Source of the DNA: Mobula hypostoma
Taxonomy: Eukaryota
DNA length: 64,000 nt
Reading direction: 5' to 3'
Assembly: GCF_963921235.1 (NCBI RefSeq)
Contig: NC_086097.1
Span: 183,708,001-183,772,000, forward strand
Part shown: positions 1 to 10,515 of the stretch, one piece after another
Layout: every line of letters starts with the position of its first letter
Position numbering within the stretch: position 1 is the stretch's first letter
Made by a program: the position numbers and the translations under genes
The notes under the pieces: model-generated
Seen by the model: only the letters and a program-made list of their open reading frames with translations
The model's database searches: none
Told to the model about the DNA's origin: nothing

Positions 1-2437
1 ATATTGTAGGCGATGTCATTTATGTCAGGTGGTGAGAAAACCAAATCAGCTCCTGTCTAAGGTGCCCCTTCGACCGATACCCGATTTCGGGGAACCTTTT
101 TCTCAAGTAATTGTGGATTTTGTTGGTCCCCTGCCTAGAACTGCGAGTGGGCGGGAGTACGTGATGGCTATGATGTGCGCCGCCACCAGGTTTCCGGAGG
201 CGGTGCCCCTGGCCAGCGTAAAGGCCCTTGTGAAATTTTTCACTACGGTGGGGCTGCCCAGGGAAATCCAGTCAGATCAGGGGAGTGTCTTCACATCTCA
301 CACCTTCCGACAGATGTTAGATGAGATGGGGGCAAAGCAGATTTTGGCCTCCGCGTACCACCCTGAGTCACAAGGGGCATTGGAACGATTCCACGCCACA
401 TTAAAGACCATGATTAAAATTTACTGTCAAGAAAATGCTAGGAGCTGGGATGATGCTTTGCCCCTCCTCTTATTTGCCGTGAGGGACATGGTTCAAGAGT
501 CATCGGGGTTCAGCCCATTCGAGCTCGTCTTTGGTCATCAGCCCAGAGGACCCCTGACCTTACTAAAAGAGCAATGGTCCAGTCCAGCCATCCAGGTTAA
601 TGTGATTGATTACGTTTTAAAATTTCGTGAGAGGCTTGAAAGGATCTGTGACCTTGCAAAAGAAAATCTGCGACACTCCCAGACTAAAATGAAAAAATGG
701 TATGATAAGCGTGCCCGCGAAAAAGTGTTCCAAGTGGGCGATCGGGTCTTAGTTCTGTTCCCAGTGGTAGCCAACCCCCTCCAGGCAAGATTCCACAGTC
801 CGTACAAGGTAATTAAAAAGATAGACCCTTTGAATTATGTTATCGAAACACCGGACAGGCGCAAACCCACACAGTTGGTACACATTAACATGTTAAAAGC
901 CTACCACAATCAGAAAGAAAACCCGGTTGGTGTTATCACGGAAATTAATGAGGCGGGGGTGTCGAATGAGATGGGGAAAACCCATCTCGAGAAGATGAAT
1001 ATGGTGCCGACCCGATTGGAGAACTCTATTGTTCTGGCTAAGTTTGCTGATAAGGTCTCTCACCTAACCCCCGAACAAAGCGGGCTGCTGATAAAGCTAA
1101 TTCACCGGCATGCAGATGTATGTCCCGATGCCCCGAGGCGATGCAAAGGGACAGTGCATGATGTTGTGGTCACCTCAGACCAGCCTATTAAACAACACCC
1201 CTATAGGATGAACTTGGAGAAGGGAAAGCTAGTGGAGAAAGAAATTGAACACATGCTAGCCTCAGATATTATTAGGCCATCCAAGTGGGAATGGGCCTCC
1301 CCCTGTGTGGTTGTCCCGAAAGCCGATGGGAGCATCCGATTCTGTACAGATTACAGAAAGGTGAATGCTATCATGAAAACCGATGCTTACCCCATCCCCA
1401 GGGTAGACGATTGCATCGATAAAGTGGGGAGAGCTACGTACATCACCAAGATCGATTTGCTGAAAGGGTACTGGTGTGTGCCTTTAACCGACCGGGCTAG
1501 AGAAATCTCGGCACTTGTCACCCCCTCCGGTTTATACGAGTATAATGTTCTACCTTTTGGCATGAAAAACGCCCCAGGGACCTTCCAGAGGATGATTAAT
1601 TCAGTAATAAAGGGACTCAGGAACACAGAAGCATATATTGATGATTTAGTGGTCTGGAGTGACACGTGGGAGGAGCACATTGTGGCGGTAGAGGAGCTAT
1701 TTAAACGGCTGTCCAAAGCCACCCTGACAGTGAACCTCGCAAAAAGTGAGTTCGGCCACGCGAAGGTCACTTATCTGGGATTTGTGGTAGGACAGGGGCA
1801 GCTGGCTCCGATGCAGGCTAAGGTGCGGGCTATCTCGGAGGTCCCCACCCCGACAGATAAGAGAGCCCTGAGGAGGTTCTTGGGGATGGTGGGGTACTAT
1901 AGGAAATTTTGCAAAAACTTTGCGGATATTTCCCTCCCTCTCACTAAGCTTTTGCCAAAGAATGCGAAGTTTGTGTGGAACGACCTTTGCCAACAAGCCT
2001 TCGAGAGTCTGAAGGCGATTCTGTGTCAGCATCCTGTGCTAAATGCGCCTGATTTTTCAAAACCCTTCTCCCTAGCAACAGATGCTAGTGACGAAGCTGC
2101 CGGGGCGGTGCTGTTGCAGACTGACAAAGAGGGGGTTGAGCACCCAGTCGCTTACTTTTCCAAGAAATTTAATACCCATCAGAGAAATTATTCCACTGTG
2201 GAAAAGGAGTTACTGGCCATCATACTAGCATTGCAACATTTTGAAGTTTATATTTGCCCGGCACGGAAACCACTGGTAATTTACACCGACCACAACCCAT
2301 TAGTGTTTTTGGCCACTATGAAAGATAAAAACAAAAGATTGCTAAGTTGGAGTCTGGTGCTACAGGAATTTGATATCAAAATTACACATATAAAAGGGAC
2401 GGAAAATGTGATTGCTGACTGTCTGTCAAGGTGTTGA
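1..2437 (+). CDS. pol: Gmr1-like Ty3/gypsy pol polyprotein, 5'-partial: integrase - RT - RNase H
   Basis: Frame is open from the window edge (YCRRCHLCQ, integrase zinc-finger half). Integrase core VDFVGP...QSDQG...LERFH with D-35-E spacing and a GPY/F-like FHSPY motif. Then RT (WASPCVVVPK, CTDYRKVN, PFGMKNAPGTFQR, YIDD) and RNase H (TDAS, EKELLA, TDHNPL, ADCLSR). Confidence 0.95.
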   Translation, partial: YCRRCHLCQVVRKPNQLLSKVPLRPIPDFGEPFSQVIVDFVGPLPRTASGREYVMAMMCAATRFPEAVPLASVKALVKFFTTVGLPREIQSDQGSVFTSHTFRQMLDEMGAKQILASAYHPESQGALERFHATLKTMIKIYCQENARSWDDALPLLLFAVRDMVQESSGFSPFELVFGHQPRGPLTLLKEQWSSPAIQVNVIDYVLKFRERLERICDLAKENLRHSQTKMKKWYDKRAREKVFQVGDRVLVLFPVVANPLQARFHSPYKVIKKIDPLNYVIETPDRRKPTQLVHINMLKAYHNQKENPVGVITEINEAGVSNEMGKTHLEKMNMVPTRLENSIVLAKFADKVSHLTPEQSGLLIKLIHRHADVCPDAPRRCKGTVHDVVVTSDQPIKQHPYRMNLEKGKLVEKEIEHMLASDIIRPSKWEWASPCVVVPKADGSIRFCTDYRKVNAIMKTDAYPIPRVDDCIDKVGRATYITKIDLLKGYWCVPLTDRAREISALVTPSGLYEYNVLPFGMKNAPGTFQRMINSVIKGLRNTEAYIDDLVVWSDTWEEHIVAVEELFKRLSKATLTVNLAKSEFGHAKVTYLGFVVGQGQLAPMQAKVRAISEVPTPTDKRALRRFLGMVGYYRKFCKNFADISLPLTKLLPKNAKFVWNDLCQQAFESLKAILCQHPVLNAPDFSKPFSLATDASDEAAGAVLLQTDKEGVEHPVAYFSKKFNTHQRNYSTVEKELLAIILALQHFEVYICPARKPLVIYTDHNPLVFLATMKDKNKRLLSWSLVLQEFDIKITHIKGTENVIADCLSRC

Positions 2438-2554
2438 CAACTTCAAATTCGCTGTATTAGCCAAATAGCTGATAAAGATGTGTATTTGTGTGTATCAAAT
2501 AATGTATTCATGTTTGTAATTTTTACCCCGGTAAAAATCCTTAAAGGTGGGAAG

Positions 2555-3439
2555 TGTGACAAGAATACACATAGATTAAGATGTTAGCTGTCCTGTGCTG
2601 GCACCAGTGGGATCAGCAGTTGGTCTGCCACCTGTCTTCAGGAGAGAGAGAGATAAGGAAGACAATGGAGCAGCATTTGGAGATGTTAATGAAGGGACGG
2701 GAGAGAGTAACGGAAGGAGAGCTGTCAAGATCGGCTCCCCCTTTGAACCCTGAACTGTTTGAAGTGATGGACAGGTGATACCCCAGCAGGGGGATAAAAA
2801 GGGACAGGTTCGCTAAGGCAAGACACACACGACACCCCGAGTAACGAGACCCTGGAAGCGGTGCGTCTCTCACAAGTCGGTGGGAAGTTTTGGACGGCTG
2901 ATCGCGGGACAAGCCATAGACGCACAGGGTGGAAAGGCACGATCGGTGGGAACCTGGTGTGTGTCCACCCTTGCCTGGGTGCCAGGTTCAGCGCAGAGAA
3001 ACGATCGTATCTGGAAACGGAGGGGTCACGGTCGGTGACCTCAGATGACATCACAAAGGACTCGCCCGAAAGCTGACTGCGAAGGTCTGTCTGGAAGCCG
3101 TTTGAATATTCATTCGTCTTGCTCTCTCTCTCCTTCCCCCCACACTGTCCATCTCTCACGGCAGCGATTACTGCGAACTGAACTGAACTAAATTGAATTG
3201 AACTTTGCGTCACTTTGAAACTGGTCATTTACCCCTAGACAACGATAGAGCTTGATTGATCCTGTTATCTTAATTCTGTGCGCATGTGTGGTTATCATTG
3301 CTGAACTGTTGCATTTATTATCCTTTGACTACTGTGTTGCTTGTTTCTTTAATAAAACTTTCTTAGTTCTAGTAATACAGACTCCAACTGAGTGATCCAT
3401 TTCTGCTGGTTTGGCAACCCAGTTACAGGGTACGTAACA
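2555..3439 (+). mobile_element. 3' LTR of the Gmr1-like element
   Basis: Preceded by purine-rich tract AAAGGTGGGAAG (2543-2554). Starts TGTGAC and ends GTAACA (near-perfect terminal inverted repeat). AATAAA at 3351-3356. Abrupt junction into CR1 RT sequence at 3440. Confidence 0.9.
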
Positions 3440-5190
3440 CCTCTGACAGCCCTCCACACTATCCACAACACCCCCAACCATTGTGTCATCAGCAAACTTA
3501 CTAACCCATCCCTCCACTTCCTCATCCAGGTCATTTATAAAAATCACAAAGAGTAGGGGTCCCAGAACAGAACCCTGAGGCACACCACAGGTCACCAACC
3601 TCCATACAGAATATGACCCATCTACAACCACTCTTTGCCTTCTGTGGGCAAGCCAGTTCTGGATCCACAAAGCAATTCCCCTTGGATCCCATGCCTCCTT
3701 ACTTTCTCAATAAGCCTTGCATGAGATACTTTATCAAATGCCTTGCTGGAATCTATATACACTACATCTACTGCTTTTCCTTCATCAATGTGTTTAGTCA
3801 CATCCTCAAAAAATTCAATCAGGCTTGTAAGCCATGCTGACTATTCCTAATCATATTATACCTCTCCAAATGTTCATAAATCCTGCCTCTCAGGATCTTC
3901 TCCATCAACTTACCAACCACTGAAGTAAGACTCTCTGGCCTATAATTTCCTGAGCTATCTCTACTCTCTTTTTTTTTATGATTTAAATTTTATTGAATTC
4001 TTTTATAAATTTTTCCCTGAAACCTTGAGTCAATGTTGAAATTATGTAAATCATAGCTTACAAAACATAAAATTATCCATAAAATAAAAAACAAACATGG
4101 CAGAAACCCCCACAAGTTGCTGCAATACTGTCTACTGTACTGGCTGCTTATGGTAAAGGACACGAAGCCTCAACTTATTATTCAGCTTTAACGCAAATCT
4201 CCAGGGACAAATTTCTGTTGGGTCTTAAGAGAGCATGGGGAAAAAGACCTGAGTGTGACTTTTTATATTCCCTTTCTTGAATAAGGGAACAACATCCATA
4301 ACCCTCCAGTCCTCCAGAACCTCTCCCATCCCCATTGATAATGCAAGGATCATTGCCAGAGGCTCAGTAATCTCCTCCCTCACCTCCCACAGTAGCCTGG
4401 GGTATATCTCATCTGGTCCCGGCGACTTATCCAACTTGATGCTTTCCAAAAGCTCCAGCTCATCCTCTTTCTTAATATCTACATGCTCAAGCTTTCAGTC
4501 CGCTGCAAGTCATCACTGTAATCACCAAGATCCTTTTCCATAGTGAATACTGAAGTAAAGTATTCATTAAGTACCTCTGCTACTTCTTCCGGTTCCATAC
4601 ACACTTTTACACTGTCATACTTGATTGGTCCTATTCTTTCATGTCTTATCCTCTTGCTCTTCACATACTTGTAGAATGCCTTGGGGTTTTCCTTAATCCT
4701 GCCTGCCAAGGCCTTCTCATGGCCCCTTCTGGCTCTCCTAATTTCCTTCTTAAGCACCTTCCTGTTAGGTTTATAATCTTCAAGATCTCTAACATTACCT
4801 AGCTCTCTGAACCTTTCATAAGCTTTTCTTTTCTTCTTGACTAGATTTACTACAACCTTTGTACACCATGGTTCCTGTACCCTACCATAACTTCCCTGTC
4901 TCATTGGAACGTACCTATGCAGAACTCCACACAAATATCCCCTGAACATTTGCCACGTTTCTTCCATACCTTTCTCTGAGAACATCTGTTCCCAATTTAA
5001 GCTTCCAAGTTCCTGCCTGATAGCCTCATGTCCCCCTACTCCAATTAAACGCTTTTCTAACTTGTCTGTTCCTATCTCTCTCCAATGCCATTGTGAAGGA
5101 GATAGAATTATGATCACTATCTCCAAAATGCTCTCCCAGTGAGAGATCTGACACCTGACCAGGTTCTTTTCCCAATACCAAATCAAGTTC
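3440..5190 (-). mobile_element. CR1 LINE ORF2 fragment, interrupted by the LTR element and by an insertion at 3971-4265
   Basis: Minus-strand ORFs give [37 protein letters not shown] and the endonuclease GDSDHN motif; frameshifted. Confidence 0.9.
3971..4265 (-). other. Probable retroposed mRNA 3'-end fragment
   Basis: AT-rich insert splitting contiguous CR1 sequence. On the minus strand it has AATAAA (3989-3994) followed by an A9 tail (3969-3977). Imperfect TSD TACTCTCTT (3962-3970) / TATTCCCTT (4266-4274). Confidence 0.55.
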
Positions 5191-5714
5191 TACCACGGTT
5201 TGTCCTCCTAAGGTGCACCACCTCACATTCCACCTGATATTCTTCTGCCCATTTTTCCAGTTGGTCCATATTCCACTGCAGGTTTTGATAGTGGTCCATG
5301 CTGTCCATATACCCCCAATCTTAGTGTCATCCACAAATTTGCTGATCCTGTTTACCACATTATCATCCATACCATTGATATAGATGACAAACAACAATGG
5401 ACCCAGCACCATTCGCTGCAACACACCACTGGTCACAGACCTCCAGTCAGAGAGGTAACTATCTGCCACCACTCCCTGGTTTCTTCTGTGAAGCCAATGT
5501 CTAATCCAATTTACTACCTCATCCTTAATGCCAAGCAACTTAACCTTCTTGACCAACCTCCCATGTGGTACCTTGTCAAAATCCTTGCTAAAGTCCATGT
5601 AGACAACAGTGACTGCCTCTTCTTCATTAGCTTTCCTGTAACTGCCTCAATAAACCCTGTAAGATTGGTGGGACATGACCTACCAGGCACAAAGCCATGC
5701 TGACTCCCTCTTGA

Positions 5715-6020
5715 ACCAGAGGGGATAACTTCAGTTACGCCAGCACTGAACTGATTCCACAATCTGCGGACTCACTCTTAAGGATTCTACAACTCAATAG
5801 TTATTGCTTATTTATTTGTTATTAATTCTTTTTCTATTTTTGTATTTGCATAGTTTGTTCGCGTTTGCACATTTGTTGTCTGTTCGTCTTTGTCGTGTGC
5901 CATTTTTCGTTGATTCTGTTGTATTTCTTTGTATCTACTGTAATTGCCCACAAGAAAATGAATATCAGGTAGTATATGATGACATATATGTACTTTGATA
6001 ATAAATTTACTTTGAACTTT
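5715..6020 (+). mobile_element. Rex1/Babar-type LINE 3' UTR fragment
   Basis: Tail ...GTACTTTGATAATAAATTTACTTTGAACTTT, shared with copies near 9290-9570, 34300-34945, 35975-36370 and 63720-64000; several of those follow a Rex1 ORF end (LLPSGKRYR...YYPSTIRLL). Confidence 0.7.
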
Positions 6021-6484
6021 AATTGGTCCCTGTCTATCCAATAGTTCTACATTCGGTCCCTTAGAATACTTTCCTATAACTGACCTACTTGCAGATCTCA
6101 GGCTCAGCAGCCTATAATTCCGAGTCTTCCTTAAACAACAGAACACATTAGATACCCTCCAGCCCTCCAGTGCCTCAAACCTTGGTTAGGGCAATTTCTC
6201 CCAGCTTGGAGGGAACACCTTGTCAGGCCCTGAGAATTTATGCACCCTAATTTGCCTCGAGTGCAAGCACCTCCTCCGTTGTTTTCCATATATAGTCAAT
6301 GATCTCAGGACCATTGCTTTCTCACTGCTATTTCACTTCTGTGGACTCTGTCTCTATCTCATCAATAAATACAGATGCAAAACATCTATTTAAGTTCTCT
6401 CCCATCTCTTTTGGTTCCATGTATAGATAACCACTCTGATCTTCAAGAGGACCGATTTTGTCCCTTACTACCTCTTTGCTCTAA

Positions 6485-7180
6485 ACTCAGTTTTGGAGGA
6501 GGAGAAGATGGCGGCGTGACACAGCTTGCGTGGCCACTCCAGTGAATGATTTCTGTAATCTGTCAAGTAGGGTGCCGTGCACAGTCCTGATTTGATGGAG
6601 ACAGATGTGAGAGAACGGAGGAACATCTGGAGAAACTTCTGAAATGCCTTATTCGCTGCCGCTGTTACTGTATGATCCAGAAACTCTGGAGGAAAAGGCC
6701 TCGAGTCCTTGGCTTTGCTTGTTGCTTGGCGGCCGGGACGGGGTCGAAGGGGTCGAATCGCTCGGCAGAGATGGTGCTCGGTGCTCGTTGTCAAAGGGCT
6801 GGTCGGAGGCTCGAAGTTTCCGGATGGACTCAGAGTCAGCTGTGGTTGGGTGCTTCCAATGCATCAACAGTTGTCGGCACCTGGAGGTTTATGGCTGAGA
6901 GAGTTTCTCCCTTCTGCCGCCTGCTATCGGGGACTATCGGGAGTCGATCAGAACTTTGAGACTTTTTTTTACCGTTCCCATATTCTACTCTTTATCAAAT
7001 TATGGTATTGCTTTGCATTATATGTTATAATTATGTGGTCTTGTCAGTGTTAGTCTTTGGTTTGTCCTTTTTTTGTGATATCACTCTGGAGGAACATTGT
7101 ATCATTTCTTAATGCATGTATGCATTTCTAAATGACAATAAACGAGGACTGAGTGTCCCCATAATCTAATCTAATCTAAT
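6485..7180 (+). mobile_element. Non-coding, non-autonomous retroposon with CpG-rich head and (TCTAA)n tail
   Basis: Starts GGAGGAGAAGATGGCGGCG; ends ATGACAATAAA...(TCTAA)3; inserted within CR1. Confidence 0.6.
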
Positions 7181-7424
7181 ACATCGATATAAACCCTTGG
7201 GATTCTCCTTCACCTTGTCTTTTAGAGCAACCTCATGCCTTCTTTGATCCCTACTGATTTCCTTAAGTCTTCTCTGACATTTCTTATACTTCTCAAGTAC
7301 CTCATTCGTTTCTTGCTGCCTGTACATGTTATGCACCTCCTTCTTTACCAGGGTCTCAATACCTCTTGAAAACCAAGTTTCCCAGACCTGTTAGCCTTGC
7401 TTTTCATTCCGATAAACTCTTACA

Positions 7425-7725
7425 GGAACAGATAGACGAGAAGCAAAGGAAATATTTTTGAAGACTGCAGAGTCCAAAACCAATGTTCATGGCCACAGAA
7501 CATGGAGTGTGCCATTGTGAACTGAGAATGAATTCTCTACCGCAGAGGGCTGTACAGGCTAAAACTTTAAATATATTCAGAAATTGGGAAGATGTACTTC
7601 TTAATGAGAAAAGGTTGAAAATACATTGGGAAAGGACACGGGGAGAAGCTGGGATTGTGGATCAACTATGATCATATTAATTGGCGAAGCAGGCCCAAAA
7701 GATTGAATGGCCTAATTCTTTACCT
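7425..7725 (+). mobile_element. Old CR1 3' end
   Basis: NSLPQRAV-like remnant and CR1-type 3' UTR (GAATGGCCTAATTCT). Confidence 0.6.
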
Positions 7726-8284
7726 ACAGTATTTTCTACTGTAATACAATAAGAATCAGTTTTTGAGCTGAGTTAGTACAATCAGTCTCACCGATTCTTA
7801 GAATTTAAAATGTTTTGGAAAACAATCAATTGGTGCTTCGATGTTGAGCAATAAGCTTCTGGATCTTATTTTTTGGGATTGAAATCTTTTGTCCATGACT
7901 GAACCATATTAATAATGAGTTCTACTTAAGTTCAAGTTGTGTACAGTCTCAATGGACCAGATTTGTGTCATGATGTATGTTTGATTTCCCTTCCACTATT
8001 TGGCTGGTCATTACTTCTGCATCTGCACAGTACTATGTAGAGCAGGGAATGATTTGCTTTCCCACCATTCACTCCCATGGGAAGCCCCATGGCACTTCCA
8101 GATCCATTGAGCTACAGGGCTGGAGGCACTTCACATCCAGCACTTTCGACCTATGATAGTTATGTATTTACATATGGTATTTAGTTACTGTATTTAAAAG
8201 CAGTGTAATGCAGTTATAACAAAATGTATTAATTGTTTTCTAATCATTATGTTTGAGGTTGGTCAAAAATGCTCAGTAACTCAG

Positions 8285-9216
8285 CACCCAGGATAAGGTA
8301 GTAAACTGGATTAGACATTGGCTTTGTGGGAGGAGCCAGAGAATGGTAGTAGAGGGTTTCCTTCTCACTGAAGGCCTGTGACTAGTGATGTGCCGAGGTA
8401 TCGATGCTGGTTCTGTTGTTGTTTGTCATCTATATCAATGACCCAAATAATAATGTGGTTAACAGGATCAGCAAATTAGCAGAAGACACCTAGATTCGGG
8501 GTGTAGTGGACAGCAAGGAATTGCAGAGGGATTTGTATCAATTGGAGAAATGGGCTGAAAAATGGCAGATGCAATTTAATGGAGACAAGTGCAAGATTTT
8601 GCACATCAGTAAGACTAATTAGGGTAGGACTTACAGTGAATGGTAGGGCGCTGAGGAGTGTGGTAGAACAAAATAATCACGGAATACAGGTCCATTATTC
8701 ATTGACAGTGGTGTCACAGGTAGATAGGGTCACTAAGAAAGCTTTTGGCACATGGCTTTCATATATCAAACTGTTGCCAGGTCTGGAGGATCTGAGTTAT
8801 AAGGAAAGATTGAATAGGTTAGGACTATATTCCTTAGAGGAGATTTGATAGAGGTATACAAAATTATGAGGGGTATCGATAGGGTTAATGCAAGTAGGCT
8901 TTTTCCTCTGAGGTTGGGTGCAACTACAACCAGAAGACATGGATTAAGGGTGAAAGGTGAAAAGTTTAAGGGGAACTTGAAAAGATCTTCTTCACTCAGA
9001 AGATTATGTGGAATGAGCTGCTAGCACAAGTGGTGTATGTGACTTCCATTTCTATGTTTAAGAGAGGTTTGGATAGGTACATTAGTGGTTGGGTTATGGA
9101 GGGCTATGGTCCAGGTGCAGGTCGATGGGAGTAGGCAGTTTAAATGGTTTTGGCATGGACTAGATGGGCTGAAGGGCCAGTTTCTGTGTTGTACTTCCCA
9201 GTGACTCTATGACTCT
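8285..9216 (+). mobile_element. Decayed CR1 ORF2 3' portion and tail
   Basis: LEDLSYKERLNRLGLYSLE; ends in GACTCTATGACTCT 8-mer tail. Confidence 0.85.
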
Positions 9217-9289
9217 GTTTTAATTGTGTTAAATCTCTCTGGATTAGAAAAAGTGAAAGTGCTTTTAAGGAGCCTTTGGTCCTAGGCCA

Positions 9290-9570
9290 CTTGGTTCAGG
9301 AACAGTTGTTACGCTACAACCATCAGACTTCTGAACAATGAACCATCAAGGATTAGTTCACTCACCTCAACTCTGATCTGATTCCACAACTGATCAACAA
9401 TTCACGTTCTCACTATTGCTTATATATTTTTTGCACATTATTTTGCACATTACTTGCTGCATAGTTTATCAAAAATTCTATTGAATGTTTTTATTTTCCT
9501 GTGAGTGCCTGCAAGAACAAGAATCTCAAGATAGTGTATGGTAAAACATACATACTTCGGTAATAATTTG
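9290..9570 (+). mobile_element. Rex1/Babar 3' end fragment
   Basis: FRNSCYATTIRLLN-like ORF end followed by the shared 3' UTR. Confidence 0.65.
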
Positions 9571-10515
9571 GCAAGAGGAAGTAGCCTGAAGCTGTTAAGA
9601 TGGTGATGGGGAGAGCACATCAGGGTCCGAAACCTAGTTGACATTTTTGGTTACTCTGCCCTGAAAAGGCCTGTGGAGTGAGGTCCCTCCACCAGCCAGG
9701 CACGGCCCATCCTGCAGGTGCTGCAGCACATACACGTGGCTACAGGATTAGCATGGGAGCCAAGGCTGGGTGATAGCTGGACAATGCATAATGCAACCCA
9801 ATAACTAATGCAACAAATTAAATCCAGCTGCATTGACTTGTTAAGGTGTATGTAAAATGACATTTCATTTTTCAATGTTACCAATTTAGTTTGCCACATT
9901 TCCGTAAATTTCAAATTTGGTGCTCAGGTCATACGGTGATTATTCAATTAGAACAATTATAGTAATGTTTGATTTAGAAGCCTTCATCAAGTACTGACAG
10001 AAGAGAAGCTCAGAACATATATAATGCCAGCACAGACGTTTATGATATAAGCCTCTTGGGATGGAAATATGCAGTATAAAAAATATCCTCCTGCCTCAAA
10101 GCAATAATTCTGTTTAGCTTAAAGTGTATTGCCTTTTGTTCTTCAGAACTTTCTTATGAAATGCTAAGTGATTCTTTGCCCTTTATATTTGTTGGACTAA
10201 CCAGATCAGTAGTGAATGATGTATAATAGCTTGGGGTGGGGGGTGGGGGAGGAGGATTAGACAATCACTGAAGAAGTAGCAGAATGGAGCAAACAGAATC
10301 AGTTCCTGGTGAAATCACACTAATAACACCATCAGATACAGAGCAGATTTGCGCCACTCGGCCCATCCAGTCTGTTCCGCCATTCCATCGTGGCTGATCT
10401 ATTATCCCTCTCAACACCATTCTCCTGTCTTTTCCCCCTAACCTTTGACACCATGACTAACCAAGAACCTATCAACTTCTGCTTTAAATATACTCAATGA
10501 CTTGGCCTCCACAGC

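Larger units (their letters stand above)
5190..7410 (-). mobile_element. Decayed CR1 ORF2 fragment, split by inserts at 5715-6020 and 6485-7180
   Basis: MDFSKDFDKVPH, QHGFVPGRSC and NYRLLSL motifs on the minus strand; CR1 sequence resumes after each insert. Confidence 0.8.

Noticed and set aside
2581..3228. env-like or accessory ORFs downstream of pol
   Set aside because: They lie inside the LTR, are short, and show no signal peptide or transmembrane pattern.
9651..9914. Cys-containing ORF (MCCSTCRMG)
   Set aside because: Short, with no convincing family match; could be chance or a CR1 ORF1 relic.
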